A DNA stretch of 64,000 nucleotides from an uncultured bacterium (GTDB lineage: Bacteria > Hydrothermota > Tepidihabitantia > B3-TA06 > CAYQJV01): contig CAYQJV010000006.1 of assembly GCA_964417925.1 (NCBI GenBank), positions 2,232 to 66,231 of the forward strand, given 5' to 3'. Every line of letters begins with the position of its first letter. The stretch's first letter is position 1. Positions 9,122-17,023 of this stretch are shown here, in pieces. The translations under genes and the position numbers were made by a program. Under the pieces are notes generated by a model. That model was not told the DNA's origin. It ran no database searches and saw only the letters and a program-made list of their open reading frames with translations.

Positions 9122-9948
9122 TCTTGCCTCCTTTTTATTATTATATTACCCTTTTTTGCAAAAACCTTTAAACTTCTCTTACCTTCTCCTATTATAATTT
9201 TTTCATTTTTCATCTCAAACTCCGTCTCTATATCTCCTTCCTCTACCAGAGGTTCTATGATACAGGAGGCATCTGGAGAAACACTTAAAACCACATCCCC
9301 TGCATCTGCCTTTATACTTCCTTCCAGTTGGATAGCCTGGATTTCTGCATCTCCTGCCCTTAAGCGAAGCGTTATCTTGCCCTCAAACTCCTTCATTCTT
9401 GCATCTCCTGCCATTAATTCTGCCCCCACCTCTCCCTTTACCCTTTCCACATTTAAATCCCCAGCCATATTTTTAACCCTTATATTTCCTTCAAAATTCT
9501 CTATCTCCACCTCTCCTGAGAAATTTTCTACCTCGATTCTTAAATTTTTAGGACTTTTTATAAAGGTATCACCGGTCATCTGTTTTATAATCAGTTTCTT
9601 ATCCTCTCTTCTTGCTGAAAAGACCCCGGTTCCTTTTACTACCAGTTCTTCTTCTTCCCATCCTTTTATACTAACGTCTCCAGAAAAATTCTTAATCTTC
9701 AAGAGTTCTACATCCTTTTCTCTTTTCTCAAACTCTCCTTCAAAATGAAATCCCATCCTTATACTATCTTCCAATATCTCAGGTATTCTTTTGAGTTCTC
9801 TGGATACAATTTTTGTTATGAATGTTCCAAGATTACCAAGTTCTGCTTCCACATTTCTACCTTTTAAAGCCTCCAACAGTCTTGCTGCCTCCTCTGCTGT
9901 TATCTTTCCTTCTTCAACCATCTTTAAAATTCTTAATCTTTCCTCCAT
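9118..9948 (-). CDS. DUF4097 beta-strand repeat protein with N-terminal SHOCT-like domain (LiaX/YvlB-like)
   Basis: EERLRILKMVEEGKITAEEAARLL; repeated N.SGDV / AGD units; SD GGAGG. Confidence 0.82.
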   Translation of the reverse strand: MEERLRILKMVEEGKITAEEAARLLEALKGRNVEAELGNLGTFITKIVSRELKRIPEILEDSIRMGFHFEGEFEKREKDVELLKIKNFSGDVSIKGWEEEELVVKGTGVFSARREDKKLIIKQMTGDTFIKSPKNLRIEVENFSGEVEIENFEGNIRVKNMAGDLNVERVKGEVGAELMAGDARMKEFEGKITLRLRAGDAEIQAIQLEGSIKADAGDVVLSVSPDASCIIEPLVEEGDIETEFEMKNEKIIIGEGKRSLKVFAKKGNIIIKRRQE

Positions 9949-9971
9949 AATTTACCTCCTTTTTGAACCAA

Positions 9972-10334
9972 TCATTTCTTCTCTTCTATAAGCTTTATTG
10001 CCTCTTCGGCTGTTATCTCTCCCCTTTCCAACATATCCAAAATCTCAGATACCCGGGAAGAAGAAAGCTCTCTTATTCCAAGCTTTGCAAGTATATCCTC
10101 AAGCCTATTCCTTACCGTTGGATAAGAAATCCCAAGTTCCCTCCCAACCTCTGTCAAACTTCCCCTGAACTTCAAAAAAAGCAAAATAAACTTTTCCTCC
10201 CTAGCAGACAACTTCAAAAAAGGAGAGATTCCAAACTCTCCTCTAACCGAAGTACCACATTCCTTACACTTCAACTCTGTAACCACCATCTTCTTCCCAC
10301 ACACAGGACATCTGCCTACTATTCTCTTTTCCAT
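9972..10334 (-). CDS. DUF2089 family zinc-ribbon/HTH protein
   Basis: CPVCG..CKECGT; GSLTEVGRELGISYPTVRNRL; ILDMLERGEITAEEA. Confidence 0.88.
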   Translation of the reverse strand: MEKRIVGRCPVCGKKMVVTELKCKECGTSVRGEFGISPFLKLSAREEKFILLFLKFRGSLTEVGRELGISYPTVRNRLEDILAKLGIRELSSSRVSEILDMLERGEITAEEAIKLIEEKK

Positions 10335-10340
10335 ATAAAA

Positions 10341-10368
10341 ATTTTAATTAAATTTTAAAATTTGTCAA
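10341..10368 (-). promoter_or_regulatory. Sigma70 promoter of the DUF2089 operon (leaderless)
   Basis: TTGACA-N16-TAAAAT, 6 nt before ATG 10334. Confidence 0.65.
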
Positions 10369-10372
10369 GTTT

Positions 10373-10400
10373 TTTTAAATTTTTTTAAAAAAATTTAAAA
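10373..10400. repeat. Perfect 28-bp palindrome
   Basis: TTTTAAATTTTTTTAAAAAAATTTAAAA reads identically on both strands. Confidence 0.6.
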
Positions 10401-10558
10401 TAAACTTTAAGTTTATAAAGTTTAGATTGTGTTTAAAAAACATATACGAGTAGAAAATGTTTATGATCGCTGATAACACACTTGCATTTAAGTAACAGCA
10501 TAAAGTTATTAATCTTAAAGTTTAATTTTGTAAAACGTTTTTTAAGAAAAGTGTTACA

Positions 10559-10586
10559 TTGACTTTCTTTTCTAACAAGATAAAAT
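10559..10586 (+). promoter_or_regulatory. Sigma70 promoter of holA-leuS (leaderless)
   Basis: TTGACT-N16-TAAAAT, 6 nt before ATG 10593. Confidence 0.7.
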
Positions 10587-10592
10587 AAAACA

Positions 10593-11555
10593 ATGAAGGT
10601 AATTTTTATTTATGGAGAAAATGTTTTAGCAGTGGAAAAGGATACTGAAAATACAATAAAAAGATTTATTAAACCAGAATTTAAAGAGTTTGATTTAAAA
10701 GTTTTTAGAGGAAAAGAAACAGACATTTCTGATGTAATAAACCATCTTTCCCTCTTTCCCTTAGGAAAGAGCAGAATAGCCGTTATAACGCATGCTGAAG
10801 AACTCAAAGAATCGGATATCCAAAGCATAGTGGAATTTATACCCAAAATAAAAAGAGGAGTTCTTATACTTTCTACCTTTAAATCTTTAAAAGACATGAA
10901 GAAAGGACTACAAAATCTTGCATCACTACCTCAAATAGAAAAAAAAGAACACATAAAACCAAAGGAAAGAACCACAATCGAATGGATAAAGGAAGAGTTG
11001 AGAAATAGAGGATATTCAATTTCAGAAGATGCATTATTTATGCTTCTTGATATGAGTGATGAGGACCCTGCTGTGATATACAGTTTTATTAACAAAGTGG
11101 AACTCTACCTTGAGAAAGGAGGTTTGATAAATACTGAAATCATTGATCTAATGCTTGGAGAATCTGTACAGAAAAGTAATTTTGAGTTTTCCGATGCATT
11201 CCTTGAAAGAAACAAAAAAAGATGTCTTGCATTGTTAAACAACATAAAAATGTATGGAAAAAAGGAAGGAATTGTGCAACTACTTGGATTGCTGGGAAAA
11301 GAAATAGGAAAGATAATACAGTTTAAATCATTTCTATCCATGGGTATTCCTTTAAAGGAAATCCCCTACCGAATGCATTTTAAGGGAAGCCATGATGAGT
11401 TTATCTTAAAAAAACTTTCACAAAGAGAGGAAAAATGGAAAAGAAGTGAACTATTTACAATGATTGATAGATTAGCTGAAATAGATTTTGAGATAAAAAC
11501 TACATCTGTAGATGGTTATATTCTTCTTGAAAAACTTGTTGGAGAAATGCTTTAG
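10593..11555 (+). CDS. holA: DNA polymerase III delta subunit
   Basis: IFIYGEN start, KVELY, LAEIDFEIKT..LLEKL C-terminus; 320 aa; adjacent to leuS. Confidence 0.8.
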   Translation: MKVIFIYGENVLAVEKDTENTIKRFIKPEFKEFDLKVFRGKETDISDVINHLSLFPLGKSRIAVITHAEELKESDIQSIVEFIPKIKRGVLILSTFKSLKDMKKGLQNLASLPQIEKKEHIKPKERTTIEWIKEELRNRGYSISEDALFMLLDMSDEDPAVIYSFINKVELYLEKGGLINTEIIDLMLGESVQKSNFEFSDAFLERNKKRCLALLNNIKMYGKKEGIVQLLGLLGKEIGKIIQFKSFLSMGIPLKEIPYRMHFKGSHDEFILKKLSQREEKWKRSELFTMIDRLAEIDFEIKTTSVDGYILLEKLVGEML

Positions 11556-11564
11556 GAGGTGCAA

Positions 11565-14108
11565 ATGGAGTATAATTTTACTGAAATAGAAAAAAAATGG
11601 CAGAAGTTTTGGGAAGAAAAAAAGATTTTCAAAACTCCTGAAAGCCCAAAAAAGAAATTCTATGTGCTGGAAATGTATCCTTATCCTTCTGGTGAGCCTC
11701 ATATGGGGCATCTCAGAAACTATGTGGTGGGGGATGTGGTGGCGAGAATAAAAAAGATGGAAGGATATGATATACTGCATCCAATGGGATGGGATGCATT
11801 TGGCCTTCCTGCAGAGAACGCAGCAATAAAAAGAAAAATAAAACCTCAGGATTGGACAAAAAACAACATTGAAGCTTACAAAAAAACATTTAAAATACTT
11901 GGAATAAGTTATGATTGGGAAAGGGAAATAGCAACGTGTTCTCCTGAATATTACAAATGGACTCAATGGATCTTCCTGCTTCTTTATAAAAAAGGACTTG
12001 CATATAGAAAAAAAGAGTATGTAAACTGGTGTCCATCATGTAACACGGTTCTTGCAAATGAACAGGTAATTGATGGAAGGTGTGAAAGGTGTAAAACTTT
12101 TGTAACAAAAAAAGCTTTAAAACAATGGTTTTTCAAAATAACGGAATATGCAGAAAGATTGCTTAGAGATCTTGAAAAGTTAAAAGGTAAATGGCCTGAA
12201 AGAATAATAAAACTGCAGGAAAACTGGATAGGAAAATCAGAAGGAACAGAAATAGTGTTTTTATTTGAAGATAATAAAACAAAACTTCCGGTATTTACAA
12301 CAAGAGCAGATACTTTGTTTGGTGTTACATTCATCACCATTGCTCCAGAACATCCATTAACCCAGCAAATAATAAAGGATTCTCCCAACAGAAAAGAGAT
12401 TGAAAAATATATAGAAGAGGCCATTAAAAAACCGGATATTGAAAGAACCGCAGAAGAAAAAGAAAAAACAGGAGTCTTCACAGGAAAATATGTATACCAT
12501 CCTTTTACAAGAGAAAAGATCCCTGTATGGATAGGAGATTATGTGCTTGCAAGCTATGGAACGGGTATAGTAATGGGGGTCCCTGCCCATGATCAAAGGG
12601 ATTTTTTGTTTGCAAAAAAGTATAACCTTCCCATTAAAGTTGTCATAAAACCAGTGGATGGAAAACTTCCAGAAGAGTTAGAACATGCATTTGAAGAGTA
12701 CGGTATAATGGTAAATTCAGGAGAGTTCTCTGGATTTTCTTCACAAGATGGAATAAAAAGAATTCAAGAAAGGTTAAAAGAAAAAGGTCTTGGTGGGCCC
12801 TCAGTAAGTTACAGAATAAAGGACTGGCTCATATCAAGACAAAGATATTGGGGAGCACCAATCCCTGTTATCCATTGTTCATCTTGTGGAGTAGTTCCTG
12901 TACCTGAGGAAGAACTACCTGTATTGCTTCCAGAAAACATAAAGGATTTTCTTCCAAAAGGGAGATCTCCCTTAGAAGATGTACCTGAATTCATACGTAC
13001 AAAATGCCCAAGATGTGGAAAGAATGCTAAAAGAGATCCTGATACTATGGATACCTTTGTTGATTCTTCCTGGTACTATCTAAGATTTACGGATCCCAAA
13101 AATAATAGAGAGCCGTTTTCTATTGAAAACGCAAAGAAATGGATGCCCGTTGATCAGTACATAGGAGGAGCAGAACATGCTACAAAACACTTGATCTATG
13201 CAAGATTTATAACCAAAGTATTATACGATGAAGGGCTTGTTCCTACCGATGAACCCTTCATGTATCTATTTAATCAGGGACTTGTACACAAAAGATTCTA
13301 TTGGTGCCCAAAATGTCTTGAGATCACAGAAGATGTAGAAGATAAAAAGCATAAAAAATGTGGAACGCAAGTTGAAGAAAAACTTGAAATGATGTCCTCA
13401 TCCAGAGGAAATGTAGTACCCGTAGCTCCATTTGTAAAGAAAAATGGAGCAGATGTTGCAAGAGTAACCATTCTTTTTGCAGGACCTGCAGAAAAGGATA
13501 TGGAGTGGACCGATGCAGGAGTTGAAGGAGCAAGAAGATTCTTACAGAAGATATGGAGACTTTACGATGAAAACATCAAGAAAATAAAAAACATTGAGAA
13601 AATTGAATTTGAAGAACTAACTGAAAAAGAAAAGGAATTATACAGACATCTTCACAAAACTTTAAAGGCGGTGATTGAAGATTCGGATGAATTTCATTTT
13701 AACACTGCCCTTGCAAGAATGATGGAACTTCTTTCGCAAATGCAAGGATTTGAAAATAAAAATTCAGATGTATTCTCCTATGTGGCAAAAAACTATCTTG
13801 TAATGCTTGCTCCCTTTGCTCCCCATCTTGCAGAAGAGTTGTGGCAAAGGATAGGAGAAAAGGAAAGTATATTTACAAGAAGCTTTCCCGAAATAGATAA
13901 AAAAGCATTAATTGAAGAAAAAGTAACAATAGTAATTCAGGTAAACGGAAAAGTACGTTCAAAAATGCAAGTTAAAAAGGACGCACCAGAAGAGGAAATC
14001 TTTAAAAAAGCATTAAATGACGAAAATGTAAAAAAATTTGTAAAGGGTAGAGAAATAATTAAAAAAATATATGTTGACAACAAACTCCTTAACATAGTGG
14101 TGAAATAA
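11565..14108 (+). CDS. leuS: Leucine--tRNA ligase
   Basis: MYPYPSG.PHMGH, GWDAFGLPAENAA, DWLISRQRYWG, DTMDTFVDSSWY, QVNGKVR; SD AGGAGG before ATG 11565. Confidence 0.97.
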   Translation: MEYNFTEIEKKWQKFWEEKKIFKTPESPKKKFYVLEMYPYPSGEPHMGHLRNYVVGDVVARIKKMEGYDILHPMGWDAFGLPAENAAIKRKIKPQDWTKNNIEAYKKTFKILGISYDWEREIATCSPEYYKWTQWIFLLLYKKGLAYRKKEYVNWCPSCNTVLANEQVIDGRCERCKTFVTKKALKQWFFKITEYAERLLRDLEKLKGKWPERIIKLQENWIGKSEGTEIVFLFEDNKTKLPVFTTRADTLFGVTFITIAPEHPLTQQIIKDSPNRKEIEKYIEEAIKKPDIERTAEEKEKTGVFTGKYVYHPFTREKIPVWIGDYVLASYGTGIVMGVPAHDQRDFLFAKKYNLPIKVVIKPVDGKLPEELEHAFEEYGIMVNSGEFSGFSSQDGIKRIQERLKEKGLGGPSVSYRIKDWLISRQRYWGAPIPVIHCSSCGVVPVPEEELPVLLPENIKDFLPKGRSPLEDVPEFIRTKCPRCGKNAKRDPDTMDTFVDSSWYYLRFTDPKNNREPFSIENAKKWMPVDQYIGGAEHATKHLIYARFITKVLYDEGLVPTDEPFMYLFNQGLVHKRFYWCPKCLEITEDVEDKKHKKCGTQVEEKLEMMSSSRGNVVPVAPFVKKNGADVARVTILFAGPAEKDMEWTDAGVEGARRFLQKIWRLYDENIKKIKNIEKIEFEELTEKEKELYRHLHKTLKAVIEDSDEFHFNTALARMMELLSQMQGFENKNSDVFSYVAKNYLVMLAPFAPHLAEELWQRIGEKESIFTRSFPEIDKKALIEEKVTIVIQVNGKVRSKMQVKKDAPEEEIFKKALNDENVKKFVKGREIIKKIYVDNKLLNIVVK

Positions 14109-14303
14109 TGTAATTTTCCAAATAATGGAAAATTCAGGAAAAATCTCTACGAGAGTAGGTTGTTCTTGAAATATAAGTATCGTATTTAGGTTGTGTTAGA
14201 ATCAATGCATGGCATGTTTTTGCTATAGAAGGTGATGCATCTCCTGTTTCCAGGGAAACTAAATAAAATAAATTGGCTTAAAAATGTGAACAAGGAGGTA
14301 AGT

Positions 14304-16121
14304 ATGAGAAAACATGTATTTTATATATTGTTGTTTTCATCACTGTTTTCTGCTCCTTTTAGTAAACGTACAGAATTTGGGGAAGGAAAAACCCTCGGAA
14401 TGTCTTGGGGAGATGCCAATGGAGATGGATGGGTTGACCTTATGGCTGAATGGCAGGGGCCAAATTGGTTGTTCCTAAATAATAAAGATGGAACATTTAT
14501 ACATCTAAGAGATTTTGGAGGAACAGAATGCTCTTGGGCAGGTGCCTGGGGAGATTATGATGGTGATGGAGACTTAGATGTCGCCATAGCTAACAGAGGA
14601 GATGTGGAATCAAAACTTTACCGTAACAATGGAGATGGGACATTCACTTTGGTAAGAGATTTTGGAATAGGAGACAGCCCTGGAATTGCTTGGATAGATG
14701 TAGAAAATGACGGAGATCTCGATGTATTAAAAGCTACTTCTGGAATGGGAATAAAACTTTACAAAAACATGGGAAATGGTGAATTCATGGAGATGGATGT
14801 GGGAGGTATAAGTGGGTGTAGAGGTGTATATCCTGCGGATTTCAATAACGATGGATATATGGATTTTCTTGCTCTCTTCTACGGTCCAGCAAGACTATAC
14901 TTCAATAATGGAGATGGAACATTCCACAATAGTGCTTCAGATACCTTAGGCAATACGAGAAACATGATATCTGCAACGGTAGCAGACTTTAACAACGATG
15001 GAAATATAGATGTAGCCATTGCTTGTGCTTCTGGGGGCCAAAACATGTTATATATAAATAACGGCAAAGGGGTATTTACAAGTTTTCCAAAATTCGGAAA
15101 AGGAAACAGCAGGGGTATTTCAGCGGGAGATTACAACAACGATGGCTTTGTAGATGTTGTGGTATTAAACTGGGAGGAACCTGATATACTTTATGCAGGC
15201 GATGGAAATGGAGCATTTACACCAGACACTTTGGATAGTGATAGCAATAGAAGTACAGCCTGTGCCTGGGCTGATTTTGACAATGATGGAGACCTTGACC
15301 TTGCTGTGGGAACATGGGACATACCTAAGAATAACTTTCTGTACATAAACATAACGGATAACAAAAAGATGGTTTCAGTATCTTTAAAAGGTAAGGCAAA
15401 AAAGGGATATACAAATTCTCATGGAATAGGAGCAGTTGTAACATTTTATGATGAAAATTGGAATCTTATAAAAAGGGAGTGGATTCTCTCCTATGGTGGA
15501 GGATATTCTGCTTCCAAGGATCTAAAGGCTTATTGCGCTTTGGAAAACAATAAAAATTATAAAGTTGTGGTAGAATGGCCGGTAAGTGGTATCGTAGATA
15601 CTTTAAATATTACCTCAGAAGATAAATGTGTAATAGTATATGAAAACAGAGAACCTTTACCTTTTACCTTAATTTCTCCGGTAGGTGGAAAAACCGTAGG
15701 GCATACTCCTATTTTCATATGGAAAAATTCGGAAGACCCTGATGGAGACCGAGTAGTATATAAACTGTTCATTGATAAATCAATCACCTTTGATTCTCCT
15801 TTAACCTTTGAAAATTTAGCTGATACTTCTTTCTCCATTTATACCCCTCTTGAAGAAGGAGTATATTACTGGAAAGTCCAAGCAATTGATGAAGATGGAG
15901 GAACCACAGAAAACATAGGAGGACCTGGTTGGTTCGTAGTAAGCAGTACAGGAATAAATCAAAAAAATAATTCTACTCCTGAACAAAAAGAAGAAATTAA
16001 GATATACGACATCTCAGGCAGAAAAATCAAAGTAAAAGATACAGAACTTCTTCATCCTGGAGTTTACTTTATAAAAGATAAAGAAAGTAACAAAGTAAGA
16101 AAACTCATAATTATAAGATAA
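14304..16121 (+). CDS. Secreted FG-GAP/VCBS repeat protein (CRTAC1/ASPIC-UnbV-like) with FN3-like and T9SS-type C-terminal domain
   Basis: Signal peptide; about 7 D.N.DG..D repeats; IKIYDISGRKI..PGVYFIK..KLIIIR; SD AGGAGG before ATG 14304. Confidence 0.8.
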   Translation: MRKHVFYILLFSSLFSAPFSKRTEFGEGKTLGMSWGDANGDGWVDLMAEWQGPNWLFLNNKDGTFIHLRDFGGTECSWAGAWGDYDGDGDLDVAIANRGDVESKLYRNNGDGTFTLVRDFGIGDSPGIAWIDVENDGDLDVLKATSGMGIKLYKNMGNGEFMEMDVGGISGCRGVYPADFNNDGYMDFLALFYGPARLYFNNGDGTFHNSASDTLGNTRNMISATVADFNNDGNIDVAIACASGGQNMLYINNGKGVFTSFPKFGKGNSRGISAGDYNNDGFVDVVVLNWEEPDILYAGDGNGAFTPDTLDSDSNRSTACAWADFDNDGDLDLAVGTWDIPKNNFLYINITDNKKMVSVSLKGKAKKGYTNSHGIGAVVTFYDENWNLIKREWILSYGGGYSASKDLKAYCALENNKNYKVVVEWPVSGIVDTLNITSEDKCVIVYENREPLPFTLISPVGGKTVGHTPIFIWKNSEDPDGDRVVYKLFIDKSITFDSPLTFENLADTSFSIYTPLEEGVYYWKVQAIDEDGGTTENIGGPGWFVVSSTGINQKNNSTPEQKEEIKIYDISGRKIKVKDTELLHPGVYFIKDKESNKVRKLIIIR

Positions 16122-16126
16122 AAATA

Positions 16127-17020
16127 ATGCTTGCATTAATCTTTGCATTTTTTTCATCCCAAATAGGAACCAAGGCAGTTTCTTTTTTAAAAACAGGGAC
16201 AGGAGCAAGGGCTTGTGGAATGGGAGAAACCTATGCAGGTATAGGAGAGGGAATAATTACAGTATGCTGGAATCCTGGAGGCATAGGTAATATTAAAAAA
16301 CCTGAAATAATGTTTCACCAACATCTGTGGCTTGCTGGAACTCTGGATGAATGTGTGGGAGTTGCCTATCCATTGGGGAAGGGAGCCCTTGGTGGGGTTT
16401 TATTGATAAATCTTAATCCAGGTATTGAACAATGGAATGAAAATGACTTTTTCAAAGGGACCTTTACCACTTATTCGGTTTCTTTGAATATCTCTTATGG
16501 ATTAAGAAATAACAACCTTTCATATGGAGGAACCTTTAAATTTCTTTATGAGAATCTATCTCTGCATACAGGTTTCACCGTTGCATTTGACATAGGGATT
16601 CTTTATTCACATAGTAAAAGTTGGAAAAGTGGAATAGTAGTTAAAAATATCGGTATTCCAATGTATGATTTTCAAGGAATGCTTCCCTTTTCCATAAGAT
16701 ATGGAACTTCCTATAAGTTTGAGAAGTATCCTTTAGTCACTGCATTGGATTTTGAACTTCCGATTGATAATAATCCACATTTCCATGCAGGAATAGAATA
16801 CAACCATCATGAGATGTTCTTTTTAAGAGCAGGTTTTAAAACAGGACCCCAGGATCTTACAACTTTGGGAATAATTTCAGGAATTACCTTTGGCATTGGG
16901 GTAAGCAAAAATGGATGGAAGATAGACTTAGCCTGTGTACCTTACGGAGAACTGGGGATCACATGTAGAATAGGCATAATTTATACCTTTGCTGAAAGCC
17001 ACATTCTTGCCAAAAGATAA
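16127..17020 (+). CDS. PorV/PorQ-family outer-membrane beta-barrel protein
   Basis: FLKTGTGARACGMGE, WNPGG, FDIG, FLRAG, PYGELG. Confidence 0.8.
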   Translation: MLALIFAFFSSQIGTKAVSFLKTGTGARACGMGETYAGIGEGIITVCWNPGGIGNIKKPEIMFHQHLWLAGTLDECVGVAYPLGKGALGGVLLINLNPGIEQWNENDFFKGTFTTYSVSLNISYGLRNNNLSYGGTFKFLYENLSLHTGFTVAFDIGILYSHSKSWKSGIVVKNIGIPMYDFQGMLPFSIRYGTSYKFEKYPLVTALDFELPIDNNPHFHAGIEYNHHEMFFLRAGFKTGPQDLTTLGIISGITFGIGVSKNGWKIDLACVPYGELGITCRIGIIYTFAESHILAKR

Positions 17021-17023
17021 AAA

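Noticed and set aside
10335-10592. CRISPR array or ncRNA in the AT-rich intergenic region
   Set aside because: No regularly spaced direct repeats and no GC-rich structured segment; explained by divergent promoters
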